Shown here piece by piece: positions 51,251-60,866 of a stretch of DNA of 64,000 bases. The DNA comes from Candidatus Marinacidobacterales bacterium. Its GTDB lineage: Bacteria > Acidobacteriota > Vicinamibacteria > Marinacidobacterales > SMYC01. Where the stretch lies: NCBI GenBank assembly GCA_965224085.1, contig CBDCYI010000011.1, positions 800,001 through 864,000 on the forward strand, in the 5' to 3' direction. Within the stretch, counting starts at the first letter, position 1. Every line of letters starts with the position of its first letter. The notes beneath the pieces are model-generated. The model did not search any database. It had not been told where the DNA came from and worked only from the letters and a program-made list of their open reading frames with translations. The position numbers and the translations under genes are program-made.

Positions 51251-52329
51251 GTCTCGGCGCCCACCGTGCGGGCGCCTTCATGTTCGAGCAGGCCTTTGGC
51301 CACGGCAAGCTCTGCAAGCAGCAAAGCGCCGCCCGCCGCACCGCGAAGCGTGTTGTGCGACAGCGCGGAAAACTTGTAGTCGAGAATGGAGCAGGGGCGA
51401 AGACGTCCGACGCTCGCCGCCATGCCGCCGTCGAGATCGCGATGCAGGCGCGGCTGCGGCGCGTCGGCTTCCTCCAAGAAATGTACGGGGTGTCGAGGCG
51501 CGCTCGGCAGCGCTTTCGCTTGAGGCTCGCCCGAGAAGCGCTCCCAGGCGTCACGAAGCTCGGAAGCTTCCGCTTTTCTTCCGAGCTCGACCGAGACGGC
51601 GAGCGAGTGGCCGTCCAGCACGGGAACGCGGTGGCATTGTGCGCTCAGCCGAATCTCAGCGTCCCGCACAACGCCGCCATCAAAGGTGCCGAGAATCTTC
51701 CGTGTCTCGGACTCGATCTTTTCTTCCTCGCCCGGGATGTAGGGGACGACGTTGTCGAGAATCTCATAGCTCGCTACGCCAGGAAAGCCTGCCCCTGAGA
51801 TCGCTTGCATGGTGACGACCGAGACTTGTTTCAGACCGAACGCGTCCCATAGAGGCTTCAGCGCGAGCACGAGCCCAATCGTCGAGCAATTGGGGTTCGT
51901 GAGGATCGCGCCCCCGCCGCTCGTCGATGTGCCGGCGAGTTGCAAGTGATCTGGATTTACCTCCGGAACTACGAGCGGCACGCTGGGATCCATTCGATGG
52001 GATTTGGCGTTCGAAACGACCACGTGGCCCCTCGACGCGAAGGCCGTCTCGACGTCCCCGGCGGCGCTTGCGTCGAGAGCCGAAAAGATGAGCGGGCACG
52101 GGATGGGGGGGGCGCTCGGCAGGACCTTCATCCGCGCGAAGCGCTCGGGAAGAAGTGTGGACTGCAGCCAGTTGGCCGCGTGTCCGTAGGCTTTTCCCGC
52201 CGAGCGCTTAGACGCCGTCAGTGCTTGGACGTCGAACCACGGGTGCTCGGCGAGAAGCGTCAAGAATCGTTGGCCTACCGAGCCGGTCGCTCCGAGGACA
52301 GCGACGGGAATCTTGTCTCGCGACGTCAT
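51247..52329 (-). CDS. asd: Aspartate-semialdehyde dehydrogenase
   Basis: LGATGSVGQ, PEVN, NPNCST, QAISGAG, RVPVLDGH and HNTLRGAAG motifs. Confidence 0.96.
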   Translation of the reverse strand: MTSRDKIPVAVLGATGSVGQRFLTLLAEHPWFDVQALTASKRSAGKAYGHAANWLQSTLLPERFARMKVLPSAPPIPCPLIFSALDASAAGDVETAFASRGHVVVSNAKSHRMDPSVPLVVPEVNPDHLQLAGTSTSGGGAILTNPNCSTIGLVLALKPLWDAFGLKQVSVVTMQAISGAGFPGVASYEILDNVVPYIPGEEEKIESETRKILGTFDGGVVRDAEIRLSAQCHRVPVLDGHSLAVSVELGRKAEASELRDAWERFSGEPQAKALPSAPRHPVHFLEEADAPQPRLHRDLDGGMAASVGRLRPCSILDYKFSALSHNTLRGAAGGALLLAELAVAKGLLEHEGARTVGAET

Positions 52330-52336
52330 TTCGGTC

Positions 52337-54733
52337 TCACCTGCATTCGAGCTCCGCGCATGCTTTCAGTATATCGGCAAAAACGCCGCCTGCAGTAACC
52401 GCGGGTCCCGCGCCGCTGCCGCGGATGACGAGCGGCGTCTCGCGGTAGCGTGCGGTGGTGAAAGCGAACAAATTGTCCGTGGCGTTGAGAGACGCGGCCG
52501 GGTGCGACGCCTCGACGGCTTGGAGACCGACCGAGGCCTGCCCATTCGCGAGCTTGGCCAAGTAACAAAGCGTTGCGCCTTCGGGGGCTCGGCGTTGGGC
52601 GTCGGCGACGGCGTCTCCGAAACGCTCGATCTCGCCCTCCGGAACGAGCGACTCGACCGAAACCTCCTTCGGCTCGATTGCGATCCCCGCGGTGCGAGCG
52701 AGTATCAGGAGCTTCCGGACGACGTCCATCCCGCTCAAGTCTTCACGAGGATCGGGCTCGGTATAGCCTTTGTCGCGTGCTTCCTGAAGTGCGGCCTCGG
52801 GCGGGATCCCTTCCCGGATTCGGTTGAAGAGATAGCTCAAGGTACCCGAGAATACACCTTCGATGCGCTCGATGGTGTCCCCAGTGTCGACGAGACCGCC
52901 GAGCGTTCTTATGACAGGAAGCCCCGCGCCCGCAGTCGTCTCGTAGTAGAGCCGTGCGTGTCGGTGAAGTGTTTCGAAGTCTTTCATCGGGCCGCCGAGC
53001 GGGAGCTTGTTCGCGGTGACGACGGCCACGCCTTGGGTGAGAAGCCGCTCGTAGAGATTCGGAACGTCTGGGCTCGCGGTGACGTCCACGAGGATACGCG
53101 GACCCCGAGTCGCCTCGATGAATCGGGCGAGCTCGTCAAGATCGTTCGCGGACCCGTCCTCTAGCAATCCTTTGCCTTGTCCAAGATCGAGTCCCTGGCG
53201 CGACAGGCGCATCGTCCGGCTGGCCGCGACGCCCGAGAGGCGCAACCCGAGCCCTTTTGCTCGAAGCGTTTCGCTTTGGGCGTTTATCTGTGAGAGTAGC
53301 TCACCGCCGACGCCGCCCGCGCCGAGGACGAACAGGTGTACGATGCGTCGCGGCTCCCCGAGAAGGGCTTCGTGGATCGCGTTGAGTGTTTTTTTTTCAT
53401 CGTCGCGGGCGATCACGAGTGAGATGTTGAGCTCGGACGAACCTTGCGCGATCGCGCGGACGTTGACGCTTTCCGAGCCGAGAACGCTGAAAAGCCGCCC
53501 GGCGATGCCGCGGCGCTCACGCATGCCTTCGCCGACGGCGGCGACGATGGACAAGTTGCGTTCGATGATGAGCGGGTTGACGAGACCGGCGCGCTGCTCG
53601 AGCGTGAACTCTTCGTCGACTCTCCGGCCGGCTTTAGCGACATCGTCCGGCGCGACCGCGAAGCAAATGGAGTGTTCGCTCGAGGCTTGTGTAATGAGAA
53701 TGATATTGATGTGCTCGCGCGCGAGAGCTTCGAACAGACGGTGCGCTGTCCCGGAGACGCCCAACATCCCGTCGCCCTCGAGCCGCAAGAGCGCGATGTT
53801 GTGGATCGACGCGATCCCGCGGACGGGTCTCTTGCTCGGCGCCGCGCGATCGTTGATGTGGGTCCCGGTAAAGCTCGGGTCGAACGTGTTCCGAATGACG
53901 AGAGGGATGCGCCGGGCGCGCGCGGGGTGGATCGTCGGCGGGTAGACGACTTTGGCGCCGAAATGAGAAAGCTCCATGAGCTCTTCGTAGCTGAGCTCCT
54001 CGAGAGAGAACGCGTTCGCGACGAGCCGTGGGTCGGCGCTCATCACGCCGTTCACATCCGTCCATATCTCGATTCGATCCGCCGCGAGCGCCGAGCCGAG
54101 AAGAGCGGCCGTGTAGTCTGAGCCACCGCGGCCGAGCGTCGTTGTTTCACCATCGACACTCGCGCCGAGAAAACCCGTGACGACTTGAAGGGCCCTGTGA
54201 CTGTCGAAGTGGTCTCGGATCCCCCGCTCGGTCGCTTCGAGCTCTACCCGCGCGCCACCGAATTTCTTATCCGTTACGATGAAGCCGCGCGCGTCAGCGT
54301 ATTGCGCGTCGACGCCTCGTTTTCGGAGCGCGGCCGCGACGAGATCGGTCGAGAGCCTCTCGCCATAGCTCGATATTTGATCGAGAGTGCGTGGCGAGCA
54401 CTCACGCACGAGCGAGACGCCGTGGAGAAGGTCGGTTAGCTCCCCAATCCGGCGTTCGATGCGGCCGACGAGTGTTGGGGCCTCGGTGGTTTCGCCGAGC
54501 TCTAGAACGGCCGCGCGGTGGCGTGCCTCGATTGACGCACAGGTGTCGCGATAGGTGGCGAGCCCTGACGCGGCGACCCGAGCGGCTTCGGTCAAGGCAT
54601 TCGTCACTCCGGACATGGCGGAGATAACGACCACGAGCTCGGAGACAGGCTCCTGGCCGCGAACGATGTCGATGACCGCGCGGATGCGCTCCGGATTCTC
54701 GAGCGAAGTCCCGCCGAATTTGAGAACTCTCAT
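52337..54733 (-). CDS. thrA: Bifunctional aspartokinase/homoserine dehydrogenase
   Basis: KFGGTS, TTLGRGGSD, two ACT domains, GAGGVG, TANK, YTEPDPREDLSG and GAG...TAGGV motifs. Confidence 0.96.
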   Translation of the reverse strand: MRVLKFGGTSLENPERIRAVIDIVRGQEPVSELVVVISAMSGVTNALTEAARVAASGLATYRDTCASIEARHRAAVLELGETTEAPTLVGRIERRIGELTDLLHGVSLVRECSPRTLDQISSYGERLSTDLVAAALRKRGVDAQYADARGFIVTDKKFGGARVELEATERGIRDHFDSHRALQVVTGFLGASVDGETTTLGRGGSDYTAALLGSALAADRIEIWTDVNGVMSADPRLVANAFSLEELSYEELMELSHFGAKVVYPPTIHPARARRIPLVIRNTFDPSFTGTHINDRAAPSKRPVRGIASIHNIALLRLEGDGMLGVSGTAHRLFEALAREHINIILITQASSEHSICFAVAPDDVAKAGRRVDEEFTLEQRAGLVNPLIIERNLSIVAAVGEGMRERRGIAGRLFSVLGSESVNVRAIAQGSSELNISLVIARDDEKKTLNAIHEALLGEPRRIVHLFVLGAGGVGGELLSQINAQSETLRAKGLGLRLSGVAASRTMRLSRQGLDLGQGKGLLEDGSANDLDELARFIEATRGPRILVDVTASPDVPNLYERLLTQGVAVVTANKLPLGGPMKDFETLHRHARLYYETTAGAGLPVIRTLGGLVDTGDTIERIEGVFSGTLSYLFNRIREGIPPEAALQEARDKGYTEPDPREDLSGMDVVRKLLILARTAGIAIEPKEVSVESLVPEGEIERFGDAVADAQRRAPEGATLCYLAKLANGQASVGLQAVEASHPAASLNATDNLFAFTTARYRETPLVIRGSGAGPAVTAGGVFADILKACAELECR

Positions 54734-54743
54734 GACGAGGTGC

Positions 54744-54759
54744 TTGGACGATCGTCCAA
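54744..54759. promoter_or_regulatory. Perfect 16-bp palindrome just upstream of thrA (candidate operator)
   Basis: TTGGACGATCGTCCAA, 10 nt from the thrA start codon. Confidence 0.5.
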
Positions 54760-54839
54760 ACTCAATATCGTACTACACAAAAGGATCCCGTTTGCTTTTT
54801 AACTCCCGGGCGATAACACTCTCCCCCTAGGTGGTCTAG

Positions 54840-55631
54840 ATGCGATTTACGACTACCCCGAAGCGCTGGCTCTACCCGATTGTGGGTCTTTTTCTGGCGG
54901 TCGGTGCGCCGGGGGGACTTCTCGTCATGCGGGCGCTCGTCCACGGAGAGCTCGGTAATTGGGACTGGGCCGTGGAGGAGTTCTCGAGCCGCGCTTTGAC
55001 TTATGGCTACATTGCCGGCGCGACGGCCCTCCTGTTCGTCGGCCTCGGCGCCATTCTCGGTTCGCACGAGGACCTGCTTCGCCGCGTCTCGCTGACCGAC
55101 CCTTTGACCGGGCTCCCGAATCGTCGCCACTCGGACCGCCGACTGCTTGACGAGCTCGCGCGGGTCGATCGGTACAAAACCCCGCTGACCTTGATGCTGA
55201 TCGACCTCGACGGGCTCAAAATGGTCAACGACGTCTCGGGCCACGAGGCCGGCGACAACGCGATCCGCGCGGTGGCGCGCACGCTTCAGCGCACGTGCCG
55301 AGCGACCGACCTCGCGGCGCGCATCGGCGGCGACGAGTTCGTCGTCCTCGCGCCGAACATTACGGAGCTCGAAGCCCGGACGCTCGCCGAGCGCATCCGC
55401 AAGGCGCTGAGGACCGAGGCGAGCTGGGTCGCCACGGCGCTCCCACCTCTGACGCTTTCTATCGGGGTCGCTGATACGCGCTCTGTGGACGAGCTCCGGC
55501 CCGATCGGCTATACTCGGCGGCAGATCAAGCCCTCTACGAAGCGAAACAAGCCGGGAAGAATCGCGTCGCGCTGGCGCCGGTCTTCGAGGGCGATCCGGA
55601 CGAAGCCGGAGACGCCACCGCTCAAGCGTAG
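54840..55631 (+). CDS. Membrane-anchored diguanylate cyclase
   Basis: Two TM helices, TDPLTGLPNRR, RxxD I-site (RATD) and GGDEF. Confidence 0.93.
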   Translation: MRFTTTPKRWLYPIVGLFLAVGAPGGLLVMRALVHGELGNWDWAVEEFSSRALTYGYIAGATALLFVGLGAILGSHEDLLRRVSLTDPLTGLPNRRHSDRRLLDELARVDRYKTPLTLMLIDLDGLKMVNDVSGHEAGDNAIRAVARTLQRTCRATDLAARIGGDEFVVLAPNITELEARTLAERIRKALRTEASWVATALPPLTLSIGVADTRSVDELRPDRLYSAADQALYEAKQAGKNRVALAPVFEGDPDEAGDATAQA

Positions 55632-55702
55632 CCTACCTAGATCGTCAAACGAGAGACCAACGAGGAACCGTGTCCGAAGGATCTGAAGCCCGCTCGGACG
55701 CG

Positions 55703-55867
55703 CTAGTCCCCTGGAACAAAGGTTCGTGGCCTAAAGCTCGAGGTCATTTTGTGGGCTGGCAAGGCGTGACGACGAAGTCATATTGGGATATTTCGAGGAG
55801 AAACAACGCAGCCAGCGCGCAAAAGGGCCCGAGATTTAGGTTACGAATCTCTGTTCCAGGGGACTAG
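55703..55867. mobile_element. 165-bp MITE-like long inverted-repeat element bounded by CTAG
   Basis: Perfect 16-bp terminal IR CTAGTCCCCTGGAACA extending imperfectly to about 58 bp; lies between convergent genes. Confidence 0.75.
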
Positions 55868-55873
55868 TCCCGG

Positions 55874-58800
55874 CTAATTCTCCGGACCGTCGATACTGCT
55901 ATAAGTGTCGTCGATGACGGACTTCAGCGAATCGATCTTCTCATCCTTCTTTTCATCTCCGTCCTCCACGAAACCGTACCCGGATCGTGAGAAGTCGTGG
56001 ATGACTTCTTTCAGAGAATCGACGATCTGCTGGTGCTCGGCCGCCTTCCGGGAGTGGGACTGGATGGTCGTGTCGCGCTCGACGATTTCGTGCCTTGCTA
56101 CGGAAAGCTCGGTCTCGAGCTTCTCGAGTTTTGCGTTCAAAGTGCTGAGCTCGCGCGAAGCCGCGTCGTAGGATTCCTCGATGGAGCGAGCTTGCTCCGA
56201 TCCACGGGTAGCAGTGGCGAGCTCGAGCTCGAACTCCTTCCGCGAGCTCTCGATCGTTTCTTCGTATTGCCGCCGCACCGATTCGAGCTTTCCTTTCCAT
56301 TCCTGCTGCGCGGCGACAACGGCCTTTTCGGCTTTAGCTCTCAAGCTCTTCTCCAAGTGTTCGAGCTTGTCCGTCCAGTCGTTTTCGACGCGCTCGATCC
56401 CCAAGCTGTGGCGGGTCTTGAGCTCGTTCACGCGCCGCTCATATCTCTCCCTCGTCGCCTCGTGAAGCTTCTTTTCGTGATCGAGCGTTTCGTTAGCTTG
56501 TTTGAGCTCGCTGGAGGATTCGCGTTTGAGCTTCTCGATCGATGCGTTGAGCGCCTGTCGATCCGATTCGATCCGTGATCGGGCGGACTCGAACACCTTT
56601 TTGAGCTCCCTGGCCTCGGCATTGTGCGCCTCTTCGGAGACCTTCATGTTCGAGCGGTGTTTCGAGGACATCTCGGCGATCTCGGCCCGGAGGCCGTCGA
56701 GCATGATCCGGGATTCATCGCGTTCTTCCTCGACCGCGCCGAGAGCCGTAAGGGCGGATTGCTCCTGGATCGCGAGCGCGCTGCGGTGAGCTTGCTCCGT
56801 GGTTTGGAGCTCTTTCGCGTGCTCGCTGCGAAACGCGTTGACCATTTTCGCTTGCTCGTCGCGCATTTTCTCTAGATGACGGCCGTGGTCCTTCTTGAGC
56901 TGCTCGACCGTGTCGCGAAGCGTGTGCTGCGCGTCGAGGTCGATGTCGGCGAGGACTTTCATGTGGCTCTGACGGAGCCGTGCGACGTTTTGTTCGTTCT
57001 TTCGACGCGATGAAACGAGCTCGTCGGCGTGCTCGCGCCCCATTTTTTCTAACTCTTCGTGATGCGAAGCGCCTTGGCGCTCGAGCGCTTCTTTTTGCGA
57101 TTGCATCGCGTCGCGAGTCTTTTGCTCGCTGTTATTCTCGTGCAACTTGTCGCGTCGTCCAAGCTCGTCCTCATGCTGTGCCTTGAGAGACACGAGAGCC
57201 TCCGCGTGCTTTGTTTGTTGGTCGGCTGCCGTCTCCTGCCACCTCCGCCGTTCGACCTCGAGCGCGGCCGTGCGGTCCTCCTTGAACTTGCGCGACATGC
57301 CGGCGAGCGCCGCGAATCCGTCTTGCTCCGCGGTCGCGAGATTCTTCGTATGGCTTTTCTGGAGCTCCGCCATCTCGTTCTCATACCGCTCGCGCGTCTC
57401 GTAGTGTGCGGTGCGCTCCGCCTCCCAGCTTTTCAACACGTCCTGGACTTTGGCGGTGACCTCTTCGAGCATCTGCTCGTTCGACCGGATCGCGGCTTTG
57501 GCCTTCTCGTCGAGCGCGCTGGTCTCAGTGGCGTGGAGTTGAGTGAGCGAGGAGAGCCGTTTCGCATGGCGTTTTTTAAGAGATGAAACTTCTGCGATGC
57601 GCTTGTTTTCCGCATGCAGGAGCCGGGCGGCGTGCTGTTCGTCCGACTGCTTGAGCGCCGCGGCGTTTTTTTTGGATGCTTCCTCGAGAGCTTGTTGGGC
57701 CTCCCCGGCGGCGCGCCCCATCGCATCGCTATGACTCGAATGGACGGAGGCCAACTCCTTCGTGTGCTCGTCTCTCGAAGCCGCGAGTGCTTTGGCGTGG
57801 CTCGTTTCCGACTGTAGGAGCGCCGTGTCGAGCTTCGATTTGAGCTCCTTCATCGCCGCGGCCTTTTCTTCCGCGAGAGTCTTCTCGAGCTCCTTGATTT
57901 CCGCCTTCTGGTTCGCTTTTTGCTCCTGAAGCTCGTGCGCGTGCTGTCGCTGCTGCTCTGACAGGCCGGTCTCGAGCTCGACGCGCAGGCGGGCGGCGCC
58001 GGCCGTCTCCGTGGAGACTTTCTGCTCGAGAGCTTCTCTGTCCTGTTCGTAGCGACTTTGCGCCTGGCTGGCCTCTTTGGCCACCTGGGCGAGCTTGGCG
58101 TTCGCTGCGTCGAGACGTACGGCGAGCTCGGCGGCTTCCCCTCCGATCTTGTCGCGCTCCCTCTTGCCGGTGACGATTTGCTCGTCCAGCTCAGCGACGT
58201 CGTGCTCGTGGTTGCTCTGTGACTCCTCGGCTTCTTCCGCGTGTTGTTCGAGCTCGGCCTGGACTTGGGTCACCACGCCTCGAAGCTCGGTGGCCTCTTT
58301 GCGCCGTTCGTCTCGATCGCATTGGGTCACTACGAGCCGGTTCGTCAGATCCTCGGTCTCCTGCTCGTGTTTGGCACGGGTCGCCTCGACATCTCCGGTG
58401 AGCTTTTCGAGCTTCGCGCGGACACCATCGAGAAGTCCACGAACTTCAGACGTCTCCTGGCGCGCTTCGTCCCGCGCTTTCTGACTGGCCTCGAGCCGTT
58501 CGGTGAGCTCCGCGCTCTCGCGCTCGTGCCGGCTTTGGATCGCGACCATTTGCTCGGTGAGCTCATTGTGCTTGACCTCAAGACTCTCGAAGAGTCCCTT
58601 GAGCTCTTTCGCTTCTTCGCGACTTCGGTCCCGGTCGCGCTGGGTGGAGACGAGCCGCTCCGTGAGGTCTTTTTTTTCACGACGCTGGTGGTCGCTATCT
58701 TTGTCGGTTTGCTCGGGTAGCTCTTCGGGCGTGGAGTCGGCGTTTTCGAGACGGCGTCGGAGCCCGATGGCCTCGTCGCGAGATCGGTCGCGGTCCCGCT

Positions 58801-59470
58801 GCGTGTTGACGAGTCGTTTGGCTATATCGTCGATTTTTTGCTTGTGCTCGCGCTCGATGGCATCGACGTGCTCGGCTATATCTCGAAACTTCGCCCGTGA
58901 CGCGTCGAGCTCTTCGGTGAGCGCCTGATTCTGTTCTTCGATGTCGGACCCTTCCGGCCCGGCGAAGCGCTTTACGAGTTCGGACCGCTTGCGCCTAACG
59001 ACGAGCACCTGGGAGTCGAGGTCGACGCTGCGGCTCTCGCGCACGTCGTCCGCGGAGCCCGCCGGCTCGGCTTGTGCGTCGGCATCTCGAGAAGTGAGCT
59101 CGAGACGGCCGGCGTCCGCGATCGCATCCAGGAGGTCCGAGTCAGAGAGCTCTTTATGGAGGTAGTGCTTTGCGTGCGATGGCTGCGTCTCGTGTCGGCT
59201 GAGCTCGGCCTTGGGTAGCGTCGCAGTCGTAAGGATGACGGGAAAGTCGAAGTTCGCCTTCTTCACTCTACGAAAAAGAGCGAACCCATCCTTGTCGCGA
59301 AGCTCTACCGCTAGGATCACGAGAACGGGACGCCGATCTTCGATGAGTGACTGGATCTCTTCCAAGTCCGTCGCGCCTATCACAGCGATCTTGAGCGGCG
59401 TGAGGAGCACGGAGACCCTGTCACGAAACGTGGTGTCGTCATCGATGACGAGGACGTAGCGCTCGGCCAT
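55874..59470 (-). CDS. Atypical receiver domain followed by a ~1000-aa coiled coil
   Basis: VLVIDDD...LVILAVEL..KDGF...PVIL.T, followed by E/K/A/Q-rich heptads. Confidence 0.85.
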   Translation of the reverse strand: MAERYVLVIDDDTTFRDRVSVLLTPLKIAVIGATDLEEIQSLIEDRRPVLVILAVELRDKDGFALFRRVKKANFDFPVILTTATLPKAELSRHETQPSHAKHYLHKELSDSDLLDAIADAGRLELTSRDADAQAEPAGSADDVRESRSVDLDSQVLVVRRKRSELVKRFAGPEGSDIEEQNQALTEELDASRAKFRDIAEHVDAIEREHKQKIDDIAKRLVNTQRDRDRSRDEAIGLRRRLENADSTPEELPEQTDKDSDHQRREKKDLTERLVSTQRDRDRSREEAKELKGLFESLEVKHNELTEQMVAIQSRHERESAELTERLEASQKARDEARQETSEVRGLLDGVRAKLEKLTGDVEATRAKHEQETEDLTNRLVVTQCDRDERRKEATELRGVVTQVQAELEQHAEEAEESQSNHEHDVAELDEQIVTGKRERDKIGGEAAELAVRLDAANAKLAQVAKEASQAQSRYEQDREALEQKVSTETAGAARLRVELETGLSEQQRQHAHELQEQKANQKAEIKELEKTLAEEKAAAMKELKSKLDTALLQSETSHAKALAASRDEHTKELASVHSSHSDAMGRAAGEAQQALEEASKKNAAALKQSDEQHAARLLHAENKRIAEVSSLKKRHAKRLSSLTQLHATETSALDEKAKAAIRSNEQMLEEVTAKVQDVLKSWEAERTAHYETRERYENEMAELQKSHTKNLATAEQDGFAALAGMSRKFKEDRTAALEVERRRWQETAADQQTKHAEALVSLKAQHEDELGRRDKLHENNSEQKTRDAMQSQKEALERQGASHHEELEKMGREHADELVSSRRKNEQNVARLRQSHMKVLADIDLDAQHTLRDTVEQLKKDHGRHLEKMRDEQAKMVNAFRSEHAKELQTTEQAHRSALAIQEQSALTALGAVEEERDESRIMLDGLRAEIAEMSSKHRSNMKVSEEAHNAEARELKKVFESARSRIESDRQALNASIEKLKRESSSELKQANETLDHEKKLHEATRERYERRVNELKTRHSLGIERVENDWTDKLEHLEKSLRAKAEKAVVAAQQEWKGKLESVRRQYEETIESSRKEFELELATATRGSEQARSIEESYDAASRELSTLNAKLEKLETELSVARHEIVERDTTIQSHSRKAAEHQQIVDSLKEVIHDFSRSGYGFVEDGDEKKDEKIDSLKSVIDDTYSSIDGPEN

Positions 59471-59621
59471 AGAGAATCGCTCGGGTGGATCCGCATCGAG
59501 GCTCGCGTGCGCGGGAAGACCCCTCGCCGAACGGGCACCTTTCGAATTGGTTCTGGAGCTACTATTAGAATAGCAAATGAGCGGGGTCGCGCTAGGATCG
59601 ATTTCCGGGAGGTTGTCTCGA

Positions 59622-60155
59622 GTGTACCTGGGAGGACGCGTCGAAATCGTACAGGGGGACATCACAGAGCTTACGGTCGATGCCATTGTGAACGCCGCGA
59701 AGTCGAGTCTTCTCGGCGGCGGAGGCGTCGACGGCGCCATCCACGCTGCCGCCGGCCCCGAGCTCCTTCTGGAGTGTCGGGGATTGGGAGGTGCCCGGAC
59801 CGGCAAGGCGAAGATGACGCGTGGCTATCGACTGCAAGCGAGTCACGTGATCCACGCGGTGGGTCCGGTGTGGCAGGGCGGAAGCGCCGGGGAGCCCGAG
59901 CTTCTCGCGAGCTGCTATCGAAACGCTTGCGAGCTTGTGGAACGTCGCGGGCTCCGCACGGTCGCCTTTCCAGGCATCTCGACCGGTATCTACGGATATC
60001 CCGTCGAGCGGGCGGCAATCGTGGCACAGTCGACGGTGCGCGAGTGGCTTTTGGGTCACGGGGTGCCAGAGCGCGTCCTATTCTGCTGTTTTTCCTCGTC
60101 GGACCTTGCAGTCTACGAACGGATCGCGGCCGTCGAGCTTGTCGAAAACCCATGA
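59622..60155 (+). CDS. ymdB: Macrodomain O-acetyl-ADP-ribose deacetylase (YmdB-like)
   Basis: GDIT, AIVNAA, GGGGVDGAIH, HAVGP and FPGISTGIYGYP motifs; SD GGGAGG before the GTG. Confidence 0.92.
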   Translation: MYLGGRVEIVQGDITELTVDAIVNAAKSSLLGGGGVDGAIHAAAGPELLLECRGLGGARTGKAKMTRGYRLQASHVIHAVGPVWQGGSAGEPELLASCYRNACELVERRGLRTVAFPGISTGIYGYPVERAAIVAQSTVREWLLGHGVPERVLFCCFSSSDLAVYERIAAVELVENP

Positions 60156-60787
60156 GGCTGCCACCCGGCCGGGAGCAAGCCGTGATCTTATTGCACGGGA
60201 TGGGCCGTACGTGGATGTCCATGGCGGTTCTCGGGCTGCGCTTGCGGCGCGCTGGCTACGAGGTGCATTGGTTTGGCTACAGCCCGCGCAAATCCACACT
60301 CGACGAGCTCACGAGCCGACTTCGGGAGCTCGTCGAGAACAAAGTAAAGGCACCCAACTACCACCTCATCGGTCATTCGCTCGGGAACATCATTGTTCGA
60401 AACGGCTTCAAGGGGGGCTACCGCGCTGGCTTGAAACGCATCGTTATGCTCGCGCCTCCGAACGGGCCAGCCGCTCTAGCGAGCACGATGCGCCACGTGC
60501 GCGTCTATCGGTGGCTCACCGGTGACAGCGGACAAAAACTCGGCGATGACGAATTCTATCGAACGCTTCCCGTACCCGATGTCGAGTTCGGCGTCATCGC
60601 GGGCAATTGTGGCCACCGCATCGGGTTCCACGATGCCAATGACGGAGTCGTGCGCGTCGAGAATACGAAGCTCGACGGCATGCGCGATTGGGTCGAAGTC
60701 GAGCGTACCCACACGTTCATCATGTTCTCCGCCGAGACGTTCGATCTGTGCCTGCACTTTCTCGACAAGGGCTCCTTTCGTGCCTGA
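60152..60787 (+). CDS. Alpha/beta hydrolase (esterase/lipase-like)
   Basis: LLHG, GHSLG, LAPPN, NDGVV and HTF motifs; ATGA overlap. Confidence 0.88.
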   Translation: MRLPPGREQAVILLHGMGRTWMSMAVLGLRLRRAGYEVHWFGYSPRKSTLDELTSRLRELVENKVKAPNYHLIGHSLGNIIVRNGFKGGYRAGLKRIVMLAPPNGPAALASTMRHVRVYRWLTGDSGQKLGDDEFYRTLPVPDVEFGVIAGNCGHRIGFHDANDGVVRVENTKLDGMRDWVEVERTHTFIMFSAETFDLCLHFLDKGSFRA

Positions 60788-60866
60788 CGGCGTGTCCCGC
60801 CTGACCGATTCAAAAGAGTGCGCGATCACGAATCATTAGCTACTACAGTTTCGACGAGGAGCCCAA

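Noticed and set aside
54734-54839. thr attenuator leader peptide
   Set aside because: No short Thr/Ile-rich ORF or terminator on the thrA strand.
8167-60155. zf-PARP protein plus macrodomain as an ADP-ribosylation system
   Set aside because: They are over 50 kb apart, no ADP-ribosyltransferase is present, and the macrodomain looks like ordinary YmdB.
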